DNA of 64,000 nt from Candidatus Latescibacterota bacterium. GTDB lineage: Bacteria; Latescibacterota; UBA2968. This document shows, piece by piece, positions 19,248 through 29,066 of this stretch. The stretch spans positions 6,528,001 to 6,592,000 of the forward strand of contig OZ240241.1 of NCBI GenBank assembly GCA_965198115.1. Reading direction: 5' to 3'. Position numbers and translations under genes: made by a program. Within the stretch, counting starts at the first letter, position 1; each line of letters opens with the position of its first letter. A model generated the notes under the pieces. That model was not told the DNA's origin. It ran no database searches and was given only the letters and a program-made list of their open reading frames with translations.

Positions 19248-22200
19248 TCATAGCGGCAGCCACGTTGCAGTTTCGGTCGACCAGATGCCTGCTTCTGTCA
19301 CGTTGTGACCGGTGATGGCCTGCCAGTGTTTCGCGTAGGCCCGGATCTGATCGGCGTAGTGGTGGACGAGGGCTGCCTGCTCGACTGGCGTGACTGCGCG
19401 GTCGGTCTTGTAGTCGACGATACACCATCCTCCTTTGATGCGGTAGACGAGATCGATCCGGCCACGTGAGATCGACACGCCCATCAAGTTTTCAGGACGA
19501 GCAACGTCGACTTCCGTGTAGATGGCCGGGGACTTCTGAATGTCGAGCCAGATTTTGGAGCGTCGAAAATCATGGACCGCGGCGATGGCTGCATCCTGCA
19601 AGGGTTTCTCGATTCCGGAGGCGGCGGATAGCGCGCTGACAAGGGTCTCGAGGTTTTCCGGGAGGACGCCGTCGATGGCCATTTGAAAGAGATCGTGGAC
19701 GAGGACGCCGTAGTCGGCACCGTATCCGGGTGGGAGTGATTCGTCGTCCGGTAGGTTGACGTGCGCCAGCTCATCCGATGGCCCCTCGCTGATGGAGACG
19801 ACCGTGTGCGAGGCTTGCTTGAGGGTCGACCAGCGGTCTTCCCGATCGACAGATGTCTGATCCGCGTCGAGGCTGACCATCACGGGTCTTGAGTTGGGGA
19901 CCTCGGGGGGAACGGGAAGCTCGGGTAGGTCTTGAAGGAAGGGATAGAGTGCAGCCCACGGGCCGTTTTCGGTGTTGCCCGTGTATCTGCAGACGACGAG
20001 TAGATCCTCGGCTCGCGTGGCTGCGACGTAGATCAGACGCTTTTCCTCGGCATCGATGAACCGTTGCTCGGTCTCCGCGTCGATGTCCCAGCTTTCGGGT
20101 TCGGCCACGGTCTCGATGACGTGTTCCCCGAGTGGGCGGGTGACAGGGAGGGACAAACGAGGTTGTTCGAGGGTGCGGTCAACGTGGAATTCGGGGCCGT
20201 GTTGCCGGTGGCTCGTGTCGTAGGCATCTACCAGGAAGACGACGCGGGCCTCGAGTCCCTTGGCCTGGTGGAGGTTCATCAGTCGGACCGCGTTCGCTCC
20301 GCCCGATTCGAGTGTCATTTCCTCGACCTTGTAGATCGGGTCTTCCACGAGGTCTCTCAGCTCGGAGAGACAATCGCCCCAGTGACGACTTTCCGCCTCC
20401 CACCGTCTGAAGATTGCCAACAACCTGAGGATGTTGCCTGCCCTGGATGAGCCCATATCGAGGGAAGCGGCGAAAGGGACGTATCCGAGGTCGTCGAGGA
20501 TGCGTTCGAGGGCGACTGCGGGCGGGGCGTTCTCGAGCAGGGATTCGTATCGGCGGAGACGTTCGAATGCGGCCGTGAACAGCGCAGCGTGAGGGTCGGG
20601 AAGCTCCGCGGGGATGGACGTGCGGAAGTGGAACGCGCCGCCGGCTCGCTTGTAAGCGTAGAGGTCGTCGTCCCCGGCGCCGACGAAGGGTCCCCGTAGG
20701 TAGCCGACGAGCGGTATGGGGTTATCGGGTGTGTGGATGGCCTCGAGAAGTTCAAGGATGCGCCGAATCTCCTTGCGCTGGCCGAGCTGACCGCTGCCGG
20801 CGACTTCGAACGGGACCCGGTGAACCTCCAGCGCCCGGGCGTAGACGTCGAGAGCCCCGGTTGTGCGGGAGAGGATGAGGAAGTCGGCAGGTTGGAGGGC
20901 GCCTTCGAGGGAAATCGAGTGTTTGCCAGCAAGACAACCCCCGACGAATCGAGCGATCCGTTCGGCTTCGAGCGCGGCGATTTCGTGGCGACGATGGTAG
21001 GCAACGGCCGGGGTCGTCAGCGTGTAGACGTGGTGATCGAGGTCTCCGCGGTCTCGCGCGGGGTGGAGTGGCGCGAACGAAGCCTGGTAACGCGCATCGT
21101 CCTGGGCGAAGATCGGCTCGAAGGCGACATTGACCCAATCGCAGAGCGTTCCGACGGCGCGAAAGCTGGATGTCAGGGCGACCCGCTCTCCTCCTGCGGC
21201 CGCGATTCGATCCGTCACGAAACGGAAGGTGTCGAGATCGGCTCGTCTGAATCGATAAATCGACTGCTTCTCGTCGCCGACGAGGAAAAGCGAACCCGGG
21301 CGCGGACGGCAGGACCGCCAGTCTTTGCCGTCATCCTCGCTCGAAAGGAGGGAGACGATTTCGGCCTGGATGGGGTCGGTGTCCTGGAATTCGTCTACGA
21401 AGAGGATGCGGTAACGTCGGGAGAGTGCTCTGCGTACTTCCGGGATTCCGCGCAGCAGGATGGCTGCGCGTTCGAGGAGGTCCTGAAAAGAGACGACCCC
21501 CGACGTCCTGCGCATCTCGGCATAGTATTCGACGGCATCGTCGACGAGGCTGGCCGCTCTGGGATAGACGGACTGGCGCCAGGCCGTCAAGGCGGGCTGG
21601 ATGACGCGGGTGCGGATGTCGGCGAAGTCCTGATCCCGGAGGGCGCGGGCCTCCGCTTCGTGGGGTGTCCATTTCCTGAGGACGATACCAGTGTTCTTGA
21701 CGCCGAATCGGCTCAGAAGATGGACCCGGTCGGCGTCGGTGCGCAGACCGTAGTGGTCGACGAAATTGCCGGCGTAGATGAGGCGCGCCTGGAAACGGTC
21801 GGGTGGTTCGCGGAGCGGGTCGGGCACCCACTGTCTGGCCTGCCGAACGAAGTCGACGAGGGTGTCCGTGGATTCGGTCAGATCGACCTCTCGGGCGGGT
21901 GTATGACGCAGAGGAAGGTCGGTGAATTGACAGCGGCGTTGGAAGAATCCGTAGAGGTCCTCAGTGCGGAGACCGACGGCGTCGAGCTCGGCCAGCCGGG
22001 GATCCTGCTCGCTGAAGCATCTCTGCACGAACTGGTCCCAGGCCTCTCGCCGGTGGAGTGCCTCGGTGCGCTCGTCGGCTTCTTCGAAGTCGGGGGGCAG
22101 CCGGGCGTCGAGGGGTCTCTCACGGAGCAGACGGCCGCAGAAGGCGTGGATGGTGCCGATGAAGCACTGATCGACGTGGGCCAGGGCCTCACGAAACCTG

Positions 22201-22466
22201 TCCCTCTGCACGGGATCCTTCGCGGTGTCTGCGGCTTCACGAAGGGCGAGGTAAAATCGGCCGCGCATCTCGCCCGCGGCCTTGCGGGTGAATGTGATGG
22301 CGGCGAGTTGCTCAACGCGTTCGATCCCGTTGCGGACGACTTCGACCATCCGCTGGACGAGGGCGAAGGTCTTGCCTGCTCCCGCGCCGGCGAGTACGAC
22401 GAGATTGCGGTCGAGTCCCTCACGAATCCGGTCCCGGGCCTCTTGGTCGATCAGTTGCCGAGCCAC
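19248..22466 (-). CDS. AddA-like UvrD helicase with C-terminal PD-(D/E)XK nuclease
   Basis: AGAGAGKT, TFTRKAAGEM, VDEFQD, GDEKQSIYRFR, HQAKGLE, YVAATRA, GRIDL..VDYKT. Confidence 0.92.
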   Translation of the reverse strand: MARQLIDQEARDRIREGLDRNLVVLAGAGAGKTFALVQRMVEVVRNGIERVEQLAAITFTRKAAGEMRGRFYLALREAADTAKDPVQRDRFREALAHVDQCFIGTIHAFCGRLLRERPLDARLPPDFEEADERTEALHRREAWDQFVQRCFSEQDPRLAELDAVGLRTEDLYGFFQRRCQFTDLPLRHTPAREVDLTESTDTLVDFVRQARQWVPDPLREPPDRFQARLIYAGNFVDHYGLRTDADRVHLLSRFGVKNTGIVLRKWTPHEAEARALRDQDFADIRTRVIQPALTAWRQSVYPRAASLVDDAVEYYAEMRRTSGVVSFQDLLERAAILLRGIPEVRRALSRRYRILFVDEFQDTDPIQAEIVSLLSSEDDGKDWRSCRPRPGSLFLVGDEKQSIYRFRRADLDTFRFVTDRIAAAGGERVALTSSFRAVGTLCDWVNVAFEPIFAQDDARYQASFAPLHPARDRGDLDHHVYTLTTPAVAYHRRHEIAALEAERIARFVGGCLAGKHSISLEGALQPADFLILSRTTGALDVYARALEVHRVPFEVAGSGQLGQRKEIRRILELLEAIHTPDNPIPLVGYLRGPFVGAGDDDLYAYKRAGGAFHFRTSIPAELPDPHAALFTAAFERLRRYESLLENAPPAVALERILDDLGYVPFAASLDMGSSRAGNILRLLAIFRRWEAESRHWGDCLSELRDLVEDPIYKVEEMTLESGGANAVRLMNLHQAKGLEARVVFLVDAYDTSHRQHGPEFHVDRTLEQPRLSLPVTRPLGEHVIETVAEPESWDIDAETEQRFIDAEEKRLIYVAATRAEDLLVVCRYTGNTENGPWAALYPFLQDLPELPVPPEVPNSRPVMVSLDADQTSVDREDRWSTLKQASHTVVSISEGPSDELAHVNLPDDESLPPGYGADYGVLVHDLFQMAIDGVLPENLETLVSALSAASGIEKPLQDAAIAAVHDFRRSKIWLDIQKSPAIYTEVDVARPENLMGVSISRGRIDLVYRIKGGWCIVDYKTDRAVTPVEQAALVHHYADQIRAYAKHWQAITGHNVTEAGIWSTETATWLPL

Positions 22467-25417
22467 GTGACGATGGCCTCCGGTAGGTCGGGATTGCTTT
22501 CGGTGAGGGCTTCAAGATCGTCGGGTAGCAGCTGCTCGCCGCCACAGATTGCGGCGTAGTCGCAGAAGCGACACTGGTCTTCCCGTTGAATAGGTGGAAA
22601 TGCACCTTTTTCGACGAGTGAGGCGTGCGCCTCCAGAATCCGTCCGACTTCAGCCCGATCGGGAAGGACCGCGCGGATTCTGCGACCGTGCTCCCGGTCA
22701 CTCGTGAAGAAGTAGCCCGATTCGATGGGCCGGTCAGCCTCGCCGCGTTCTCTGAGGATGGATTCAAGGGCGAACCCGTAGAGCGCCCACTGTAGATGGA
22801 GACCCGAGAGAAGGTCGGCTTCGTCGTAGGCATAAGCGGACCCGGTCTTGTAGTCCCAGATGGCATAACGGTCGGGGCGTCGATCGACGCGATCGATCAG
22901 ACCCCGGAGGGGAAGGCGGAAACCCTCGCCCAGGTCGAGATCGATGACATCGGGATGGTTGAGCCCGTCTTCTTCCCCGAACCCGAAGGAAATCTCGAAG
23001 CCAAGCGGATCGACTTCGGTTTGCTCCGCTTCAGAGGCGAGGAAGACCTCCCCGGCGTGAAGCAGGCGCTGGATATCGACCTTCATCGCCTCAGCCCCGG
23101 GCTCAGGGAACCAGATTCTGTGCCGGTCGACTTCGGAGAAGGTTGCTTCTCGAAGGCGCTCGACGTGCTCCGGCCCAGGCTTTTCCCCGGATTCGGCAAG
23201 ATCTCTCATAAACCTGCTCAGAATCCGGTGGAGCAAGTCGCCGAATTGTAGCGGTGTAAGCCACCGGGTCGTGTCCCCGAGCCCCTGGTCGAAGGGTGAG
23301 ACGTTCAAGATATGCCTGAGAAAATACCGGTAGGGGCACTGAAGCAGGACCTCGAGCCGCGAGGCGGACTGGGGCTGGGCCGTCAGGGAGAGGTCCGGGT
23401 CCACGAACCCGGTGAACCCGTGAAAACGGGTCAACTGGTAGGTCGAGCGGGCGATCTGACCCTCGTTACCGAGCAAAAGCCAAGGATACCGGCGATCGAG
23501 AAGCTGTCCAAACTCGGGGTGATGACGTCGCGGGAGCATCCACGTGCCCTCGCTCAAAGCAGAGGTGTCGGGATGAGGCAGGAAGCCAATGGCAGAGGTC
23601 TGATCCTCCTTGATGTCCTGGATTTGCTGAATCAACGGCGCTGGAAAGGTTTCGCGCCCGTCTGCGATGGCTCGTGTGCTGGCGAAAAGGTGGACCGCGC
23701 CTGGGGCGACGCTGAGGAGACGAACGAAGTGCCAGACGGCCTCGCTCGGCCTCGTGCGGATGAACTCGAGATCCGGAGAGACGCGCCCCCGCTCGTCGTC
23801 GAGCAGGACGGGATCCTCCGTCGAGCCACCTGGAAAAGTCGATTCATCCAGTCCCAGGACGAAAAGACGGGGTCGTCCGGCGTAGCCGGCCCGACCGAGG
23901 GGGACGACGTTGAGGCAGCCTGGCTGAGGGGCGCCCGCCTGGATGCGGTGTTCGGAAACGAGACGGGAGAATCGAAGCGCCAGGTCGTGCTCCCGGCTGG
24001 TGACGCTGACGGCTTGGGATAACTCCTGGAGTCTTCGGAGCATCGAATCTCTGGCGGGAGCCTCCCCTTCTCCGCTGAAGGGGACGAATTCCTGCAGGAA
24101 GGCGGTGCCGCTGACCGCCATTTCTGCTCCGGAGCACGTCGATTCAGGCGGGAGCACCTTGAGCAACGCGTCCAGCATGCGGCAGCAAGGCTTATCTACA
24201 CGGGAATCCCGGAGTTCGGGAGGGCCTTCACCGGCCTCGGCCCGGGAAATGGCTTGACTGTAGGCACTCCGGCCGATCCGGATCCCGTTGCGGAGCATCC
24301 ACGAGGCGAACTGATAGGGCTCGAGTGTTTCGCCCCGGTCCAGATGGGCCCCGAGCGAGAGTAACCCGGTCCGACAGGTCTCGACGAGTGTGTCGACTGC
24401 GTAGTCGTTGGCGATCCACTGGAAGAAGGCCACAAGGGCCTTGCCCGGCCGGGAGAAGGTCACCGGAATGCCGGCTCCGTATGTAGCGTTGATCCCGAAT
24501 CGCTGAACGGCGTTGTGGATCGCGGCGAGGTAGGGAGTTTCGGCCGTGTAAGCGATTTCAGCCTGATCGAGGGCATCGCCGTGGTCTAGCAGGACCTGGA
24601 GCGCCGCCCGGGCCTCGACGTCGGGGCCGGAGGTTTCGACGACGGTCAGGGCCCCCAGATCGTTGGGTAAAACGCGGCGAGCCAGCAGTTGTCCCGCCGG
24701 TGCCACGCACCCAGCCTCGATCGGGGTGCCCAGATCGCAGCGTGAAACGGCGATTGCCGCTGGACGCGGTGTGCCCTCATCGTCACGTCCGATTCTGAGA
24801 AGTGTCTTTCGGGCAAAAGCCTCTACGAAATCCTTCGCGAGTCCCGGCACGGGTGTTTCGTCGAGGATGGCCACGACGTCGGGGGACCGAACGCCATCAG
24901 CTTCGATGAGTCGGGTCGCCTTTTCGAACAGGTCCGCGCCGTCATACCATCCGTTCTGTTCGATGAGGTCCTGATAGGCGACGTAGATCCGTGCAAGGGT
25001 CTGCAGCTTGACGTCACGCGTCTGTCGAGAGAGGTCCTCGGGCGGGATTCCGGCGATACGCAGGGCGCGTAGTGTGCGATGGATGGCGCGCGAAAGACCC
25101 GGGCTCAACCCCGCGCGTGAGAACGGATTGTCCGGCGCTTTGTCGAGGATGTCGCGGAGATAGGGATCGAAAGTGATAGCGTCGGCATCGCGAACGAGGG
25201 GGCGGAACCCCTCGGCCAGCAGGTGTGGCTCGGCGATCTGGCGGGCGACGTCTTCGGGGCTGGCGATCTGCAAATTGAGGGTGGGATGACCAGCTAGCGC
25301 GAGGGCATTGACCATCGCGTAGCCGATCTGGGCGCTCGGTGCGAACACGACCTTGCGACCAGCCGGATCCGACTCACACAACGCGGCGAGCTGGGCCAGA
25401 TGGTATGGAAGCGACAA
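22451..25417 (-). CDS. AddB-like PD-(D/E)XK nuclease with Fe-S cysteines
   Basis: SASRLE..CPYRYF, RGLIDRVD..DYKTG, LQWALY, CRFCDYAAIC. Confidence 0.88.
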   Translation of the reverse strand: MSLPYHLAQLAALCESDPAGRKVVFAPSAQIGYAMVNALALAGHPTLNLQIASPEDVARQIAEPHLLAEGFRPLVRDADAITFDPYLRDILDKAPDNPFSRAGLSPGLSRAIHRTLRALRIAGIPPEDLSRQTRDVKLQTLARIYVAYQDLIEQNGWYDGADLFEKATRLIEADGVRSPDVVAILDETPVPGLAKDFVEAFARKTLLRIGRDDEGTPRPAAIAVSRCDLGTPIEAGCVAPAGQLLARRVLPNDLGALTVVETSGPDVEARAALQVLLDHGDALDQAEIAYTAETPYLAAIHNAVQRFGINATYGAGIPVTFSRPGKALVAFFQWIANDYAVDTLVETCRTGLLSLGAHLDRGETLEPYQFASWMLRNGIRIGRSAYSQAISRAEAGEGPPELRDSRVDKPCCRMLDALLKVLPPESTCSGAEMAVSGTAFLQEFVPFSGEGEAPARDSMLRRLQELSQAVSVTSREHDLALRFSRLVSEHRIQAGAPQPGCLNVVPLGRAGYAGRPRLFVLGLDESTFPGGSTEDPVLLDDERGRVSPDLEFIRTRPSEAVWHFVRLLSVAPGAVHLFASTRAIADGRETFPAPLIQQIQDIKEDQTSAIGFLPHPDTSALSEGTWMLPRRHHPEFGQLLDRRYPWLLLGNEGQIARSTYQLTRFHGFTGFVDPDLSLTAQPQSASRLEVLLQCPYRYFLRHILNVSPFDQGLGDTTRWLTPLQFGDLLHRILSRFMRDLAESGEKPGPEHVERLREATFSEVDRHRIWFPEPGAEAMKVDIQRLLHAGEVFLASEAEQTEVDPLGFEISFGFGEEDGLNHPDVIDLDLGEGFRLPLRGLIDRVDRRPDRYAIWDYKTGSAYAYDEADLLSGLHLQWALYGFALESILRERGEADRPIESGYFFTSDREHGRRIRAVLPDRAEVGRILEAHASLVEKGAFPPIQREDQCRFCDYAAICGGEQLLPDDLEALTESNPDLPEAIVTWLGN

Positions 25418-25548
25418 GATTGGTTGGGAATTCCGGAATCAGGGAACTGACCAACTGCGGGGAGTCGAGCGGGGATGGAGGTAGAATAGTCAGGGGGGGG
25501 ATGAACAGCAAGGAAAGGAAGGTGCTCTTCGCGTTGACAGTTATTCCG

Positions 25549-26265
25549 TCATACGAATTCGAGACGGGTCAGGTCCGAAAGGCGCGATATCGTGTGGGTT
25601 CGGTCGTCGTCGACCCCCATCTTCACGGCGGTGATGCCGTGTCGCTTTGCGGCTTTGAGGTGCCGGTCGCCATCGTCAACGACGATGACCTCCTCTGCAT
25701 CCGCTCCGATGGCCTCAAGTATGAGAGGGTAGAATCGATCATCGCCCTTGTGGAGACCGACCAGATCTGAACCGAACGGCATTCCGATGCGATCGCGCAC
25801 ACCGAGCCGTGTGAGGACCGTCTCTATTACCCAGCCCGGGTTCCCCGAAGCGGTATGGATCTCGAACCGTTCATCCAGGTCGAGGATTGCCTCTCGCGTA
25901 CCTGGAAGGACGATGTCCGCGTGGGTGTAGACGTGACTGTAGATTCGTTCGGCCACGTCGACTTGCTCTTCGAAGCTGACCGGCGGCTCCAGTTGCATTT
26001 CCGCACACATCTGAACGAGCCACTCCGCGTGAACTCGATCCCACCAGCGAGACAGATTCAAACGTCTGAGACCCAACTCGAATTTGTAGGTTTCGTTGGC
26101 GCGTAACCAGGTTGCATGCCAGATCTGTTGGTGGTCCCTCCAGATCTCTTCTTTTCCGCCGACCATCGGAACGCCGGCGTCACCGATGACACGCCCGCTT
26201 TCGACCTCCCACTTGTCGTTGTCCAGCAGGACGCCATCGACGTCGAGCAGTAGAAAGCGATGCAC
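25549..26265 (-). CDS. HAD family hydrolase
   Basis: LLDVDGVLLD, TASG, K, VVDD motifs; GTG start after GAGG. Confidence 0.85.
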   Translation of the reverse strand: MHRFLLLDVDGVLLDNDKWEVESGRVIGDAGVPMVGGKEEIWRDHQQIWHATWLRANETYKFELGLRRLNLSRWWDRVHAEWLVQMCAEMQLEPPVSFEEQVDVAERIYSHVYTHADIVLPGTREAILDLDERFEIHTASGNPGWVIETVLTRLGVRDRIGMPFGSDLVGLHKGDDRFYPLILEAIGADAEEVIVVDDGDRHLKAAKRHGITAVKMGVDDDRTHTISRLSDLTRLEFV

Positions 26266-26297
26266 GTTCCTCAACCTTTCTGTCCCCGGGGCTCGGC

Positions 26298-27170
26298 TCA
26301 ATCCCTCAGAATCGTCTTCTCGTCCGTCACCGCGGGCTCCAGGGCCTTTTGAGTAACGCTGACGGCTCGCCGGAGGTCGGCACCTCGAAGGTCGGCGTCC
26401 TCGAAAATGACTTTGTAAAAATCGGCGCCTGAGAGTTTGGCGTTGCGCAGGTCTGCCTTGGTCAGGTTCACCTGAGTCAACGTGGTGTTCTGCATCCGTG
26501 CTTTTTGAAGGTTGGCTTCGACGAAGCTGCACTGAGAGAAGTCCTGGCCGGTCAGCTTCGTGGCCTGGAAATTGACGCGGTCGAACACGGCCTTGTGGAG
26601 GTTGGCTTCAGAAAGATCGACACGTCGGAGATCTGCTCCCGTCAGCGTGGCTTCGCTCAGGTCGACACGTCTGAGCGTTGCTTTCTGAAGGAGGGCGTCG
26701 GTCAGGTCGGCTTTGGCGAGGTTTGCGAGTTCGAGGTCGGCCGGGGCAAGGTCGACGCCGCGTAGACAGGCCGAGGCGAGGATGGAGTTCTGGAGGTGGG
26801 CGCCGTTGAGGTTCGCACCCTCGAGATCGGCATTTCGAAGATTGGCTGCGGATAATCGTGCGCGCTCGAGGTTCGCGCCCCGGAGGGTCGCCCGCTGGAG
26901 TTTGGCGCCGCTGAGGTTGATCTCTCTGAGGTCGGCACGGGTCAGGTCGACCCCCTCGAGGTCGGCTCGGAGCAGAAAGGCCCCGGCGAGAGTTGCCTGG
27001 GAGCCCCGCTTACCCTCCGATTCGAGCCACACCGCGTGATTGTTCAGGATGTCCTTGAGGTCACCGGGGGTGACGGGTTGTCCGGGTTCGACCATTGACG
27101 AAGCTCCTTCCGTGCCAGAGGTGGGCGTCGATGTCTGACCGGGCAATCGCCGTCGCGGTTTCGGATTCAT
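26298..27170 (-). CDS. Pentapeptide repeat protein
   Basis: Many A(D/N)Lxx repeats; N-terminal H..WL....G..A.L; start may be later (MVEPG). Confidence 0.9.
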   Translation of the reverse strand: MNPKPRRRLPGQTSTPTSGTEGASSMVEPGQPVTPGDLKDILNNHAVWLESEGKRGSQATLAGAFLLRADLEGVDLTRADLREINLSGAKLQRATLRGANLERARLSAANLRNADLEGANLNGAHLQNSILASACLRGVDLAPADLELANLAKADLTDALLQKATLRRVDLSEATLTGADLRRVDLSEANLHKAVFDRVNFQATKLTGQDFSQCSFVEANLQKARMQNTTLTQVNLTKADLRNAKLSGADFYKVIFEDADLRGADLRRAVSVTQKALEPAVTDEKTILRD

Positions 27171-27173
27171 TCC

Positions 27174-27202
27174 TTGACACTGATTTTGCCGACTTCTAAA
27201 TT
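27174..27202 (+). promoter_or_regulatory. Sigma70 promoter for the uppS operon
   Basis: TTGACA-17 bp-TAAATT. Confidence 0.6.
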
Positions 27203-27252
27203 TAAGGGTTACAAACTTTTAGGAGCAAACTGGCATTTCGCGAGGGAGCCGG

Positions 27253-28068
27253 GTGGGAGAATCCATCAACGCACAAGACGCCGACCTTCAGGCTGAGCTG
27301 AAGGCTAACGGGCGTCTTCCGGCCCATATTGCCATCATTATGGATGGCAACGGACGCTGGGCCGAACGGCGTCATCTGACACGATCGGACGGTCATCGAT
27401 CCGCTCGTGACGTCGTGCGTGAGACCGTTCGTGCGTGTGGCGAGCTGGAGATCGACATCCTGACGCTGTTCACGTTCGGGACGGAAAACTGGAAGCGCCC
27501 GTGGGGAGAGGTGTTGTCTCTGATGCAGCTACTCAGAGACTGTTCGGTCGAAGAGCTGCCCGAGCTGATCGAGAACAACGTGCGGCTGGTTGCGACGGGA
27601 GAGACTCACAAACTCGCCAAACACGCCCGTCTGGCGCTCGAGGCGGCCATCGAGTCGACTTCGCAAAATACGGGTCTTACGCTGAACCTCGCCCTGAGCT
27701 ACGACGGTCGGAGCGACATCCTGCAGGCAGCTCAACGGCTTGCCAGGACCGTTGCGCGAGGCGAAATGACGGCGGATGACGTCGATCACGAGACGTTTTC
27801 CAGTCATCTTCTAACCAGCGGGTTGCCCGATCCGGATCTGATGATCCGGACGAGTGGAGAGGTCCGTCTGAGCAATTTCATGCTTTGGCAGTGCGCGTAC
27901 ACGGAGTTCCACTTTACGCCGGTTTTCTGGCCGGACTTCCAGCGCTGCCACCTGTATGAGGCCATCGCCACGTATCAATCGAGAGAGCGTCGATTCGGTC
28001 AGACGAGCGCTCAACTCCGTTCGACGGAGGAGACGATCGGCGAACCGGCAGGCGTTTCGACTGCCTGA
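27253..28068 (+). CDS. uppS: Undecaprenyl diphosphate synthase
   Basis: HIAIIMDGNGRWA, ENWKRP, PDLMIRTSGEVRLSNFMLWQ. Confidence 0.97.
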   Translation: MGESINAQDADLQAELKANGRLPAHIAIIMDGNGRWAERRHLTRSDGHRSARDVVRETVRACGELEIDILTLFTFGTENWKRPWGEVLSLMQLLRDCSVEELPELIENNVRLVATGETHKLAKHARLALEAAIESTSQNTGLTLNLALSYDGRSDILQAAQRLARTVARGEMTADDVDHETFSSHLLTSGLPDPDLMIRTSGEVRLSNFMLWQCAYTEFHFTPVFWPDFQRCHLYEAIATYQSRERRFGQTSAQLRSTEETIGEPAGVSTA

Positions 28069-28079
28069 CCGTTAGCCCC

Positions 28080-28898
28080 GTGCCGACGAATCTGACGCAG
28101 CGCGTGGCCGTGGGGGCGGTTTTCGGTCCTATGCTGGCCGCCGTGTTCTGGGTTGGCGGTCTTGCCCTGCTGGTCGTGCTTTCGATTCTGGTGGCGGGCG
28201 GCGTTCTCGAGTTTTACAGGATGCAAGAACACAAGGGGCTGCAACCCTGGTCGGTTCCGGGGGTTGTGGCCTCTGTCTTTTGGTGCGTGGCCGTCTACTT
28301 TTTTGGCGTTTCAGAGTTGGCGATCCCGCTGGCGGTTCTGCTGGTCGTGATCATTGCAACGGGGTCTGCCAGAGAGGGATCGAAGTTAGCCAACGTGGAA
28401 TCGACATTGATGGGTATCCTGTATGTGGCAGTCCTCGGCAGTTTTGCCTACCAGGTGAGAGCCGGGTCGTATGCGGACTTTACGGTGAATCAGACGGCCG
28501 GGTTCGCGGTGCTCATCCTGGCGGCGATCTGGGCGTCCGACATTTTCGGCTACTTCGCCGGCCGCGCCCTCGGTCGTCGCCATCCGTTTCCCAACATCAG
28601 CCCGGGGAAAACCGTGGCCGGGTACGTCGGAGGCATTTTGGGGTCCATCGCCTTGATTCTGACGGTGACCGAACGTTTTACGTTGTTGGATCGAACGGAT
28701 GGGGCTGCCCTGGGTGTGATCGTGGGTCTCGGTGCGCCACTGGGCGACCTGGTCGAGTCGATGATCAAGCGGGATGCCGGCGTGAAGGATGCTTCCACGA
28801 TCATTCCGGGTCACGGTGGCATCCTGGACCGGTTCGATTCCTTCCTCTTCGTCTTCCCTCTCGTCTACGTCTACGTGTCCTTCGTACAGACAATCTGA
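28080..28898 (+). CDS. cdsA: Phosphatidate cytidylyltransferase
   Basis: ISPGKT, GDLVESMIKRDAGVKD..IPGHGGILDRFDS. Confidence 0.97.
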   Translation: MPTNLTQRVAVGAVFGPMLAAVFWVGGLALLVVLSILVAGGVLEFYRMQEHKGLQPWSVPGVVASVFWCVAVYFFGVSELAIPLAVLLVVIIATGSAREGSKLANVESTLMGILYVAVLGSFAYQVRAGSYADFTVNQTAGFAVLILAAIWASDIFGYFAGRALGRRHPFPNISPGKTVAGYVGGILGSIALILTVTERFTLLDRTDGAALGVIVGLGAPLGDLVESMIKRDAGVKDASTIIPGHGGILDRFDSFLFVFPLVYVYVSFVQTI

Positions 28899-28914
28899 AG
28901 AAGCGGAAAGGCCT

Positions 28915-28941
28915 ACCACGAAATACACGAAACACACGAAC
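28915..28941 (+). repeat. Nonamer tandem repeat (CACGAAAYA family)
   Basis: ACCACGAAATACACGAAACACACGAAC just after the cdsA stop. Confidence 0.8.
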
Positions 28942-29066
28942 GGGTGGAATAGAGAAGACACAGAAGCCACCCACGCGTCGAGATCGACGGTTCATTCCGG
29001 AGAAATCCCCACCGGTCTTCCTCATGTCTTCGAGATTTCGAGTTGCTTTTCTGATTCGAGAGAGCG

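Noticed and set aside
20733-22559. 608-aa plus-strand ORF and similar long antisense ORFs (e.g. 53234-54709, 28280-29506, 277-1275)
   Set aside because: Shadow frames of well-supported genes in high-GC DNA, with no recognisable motifs.
19248-25417. Novel helicase-nuclease defence system or Cas4
   Set aside because: Domain order, sizes and the Fe-S cysteine pattern fit an ordinary AddAB-type recombination pair.
26298-27170. DNA-level repeat array
   Set aside because: The periodicity is explained by the pentapeptide-repeat protein.
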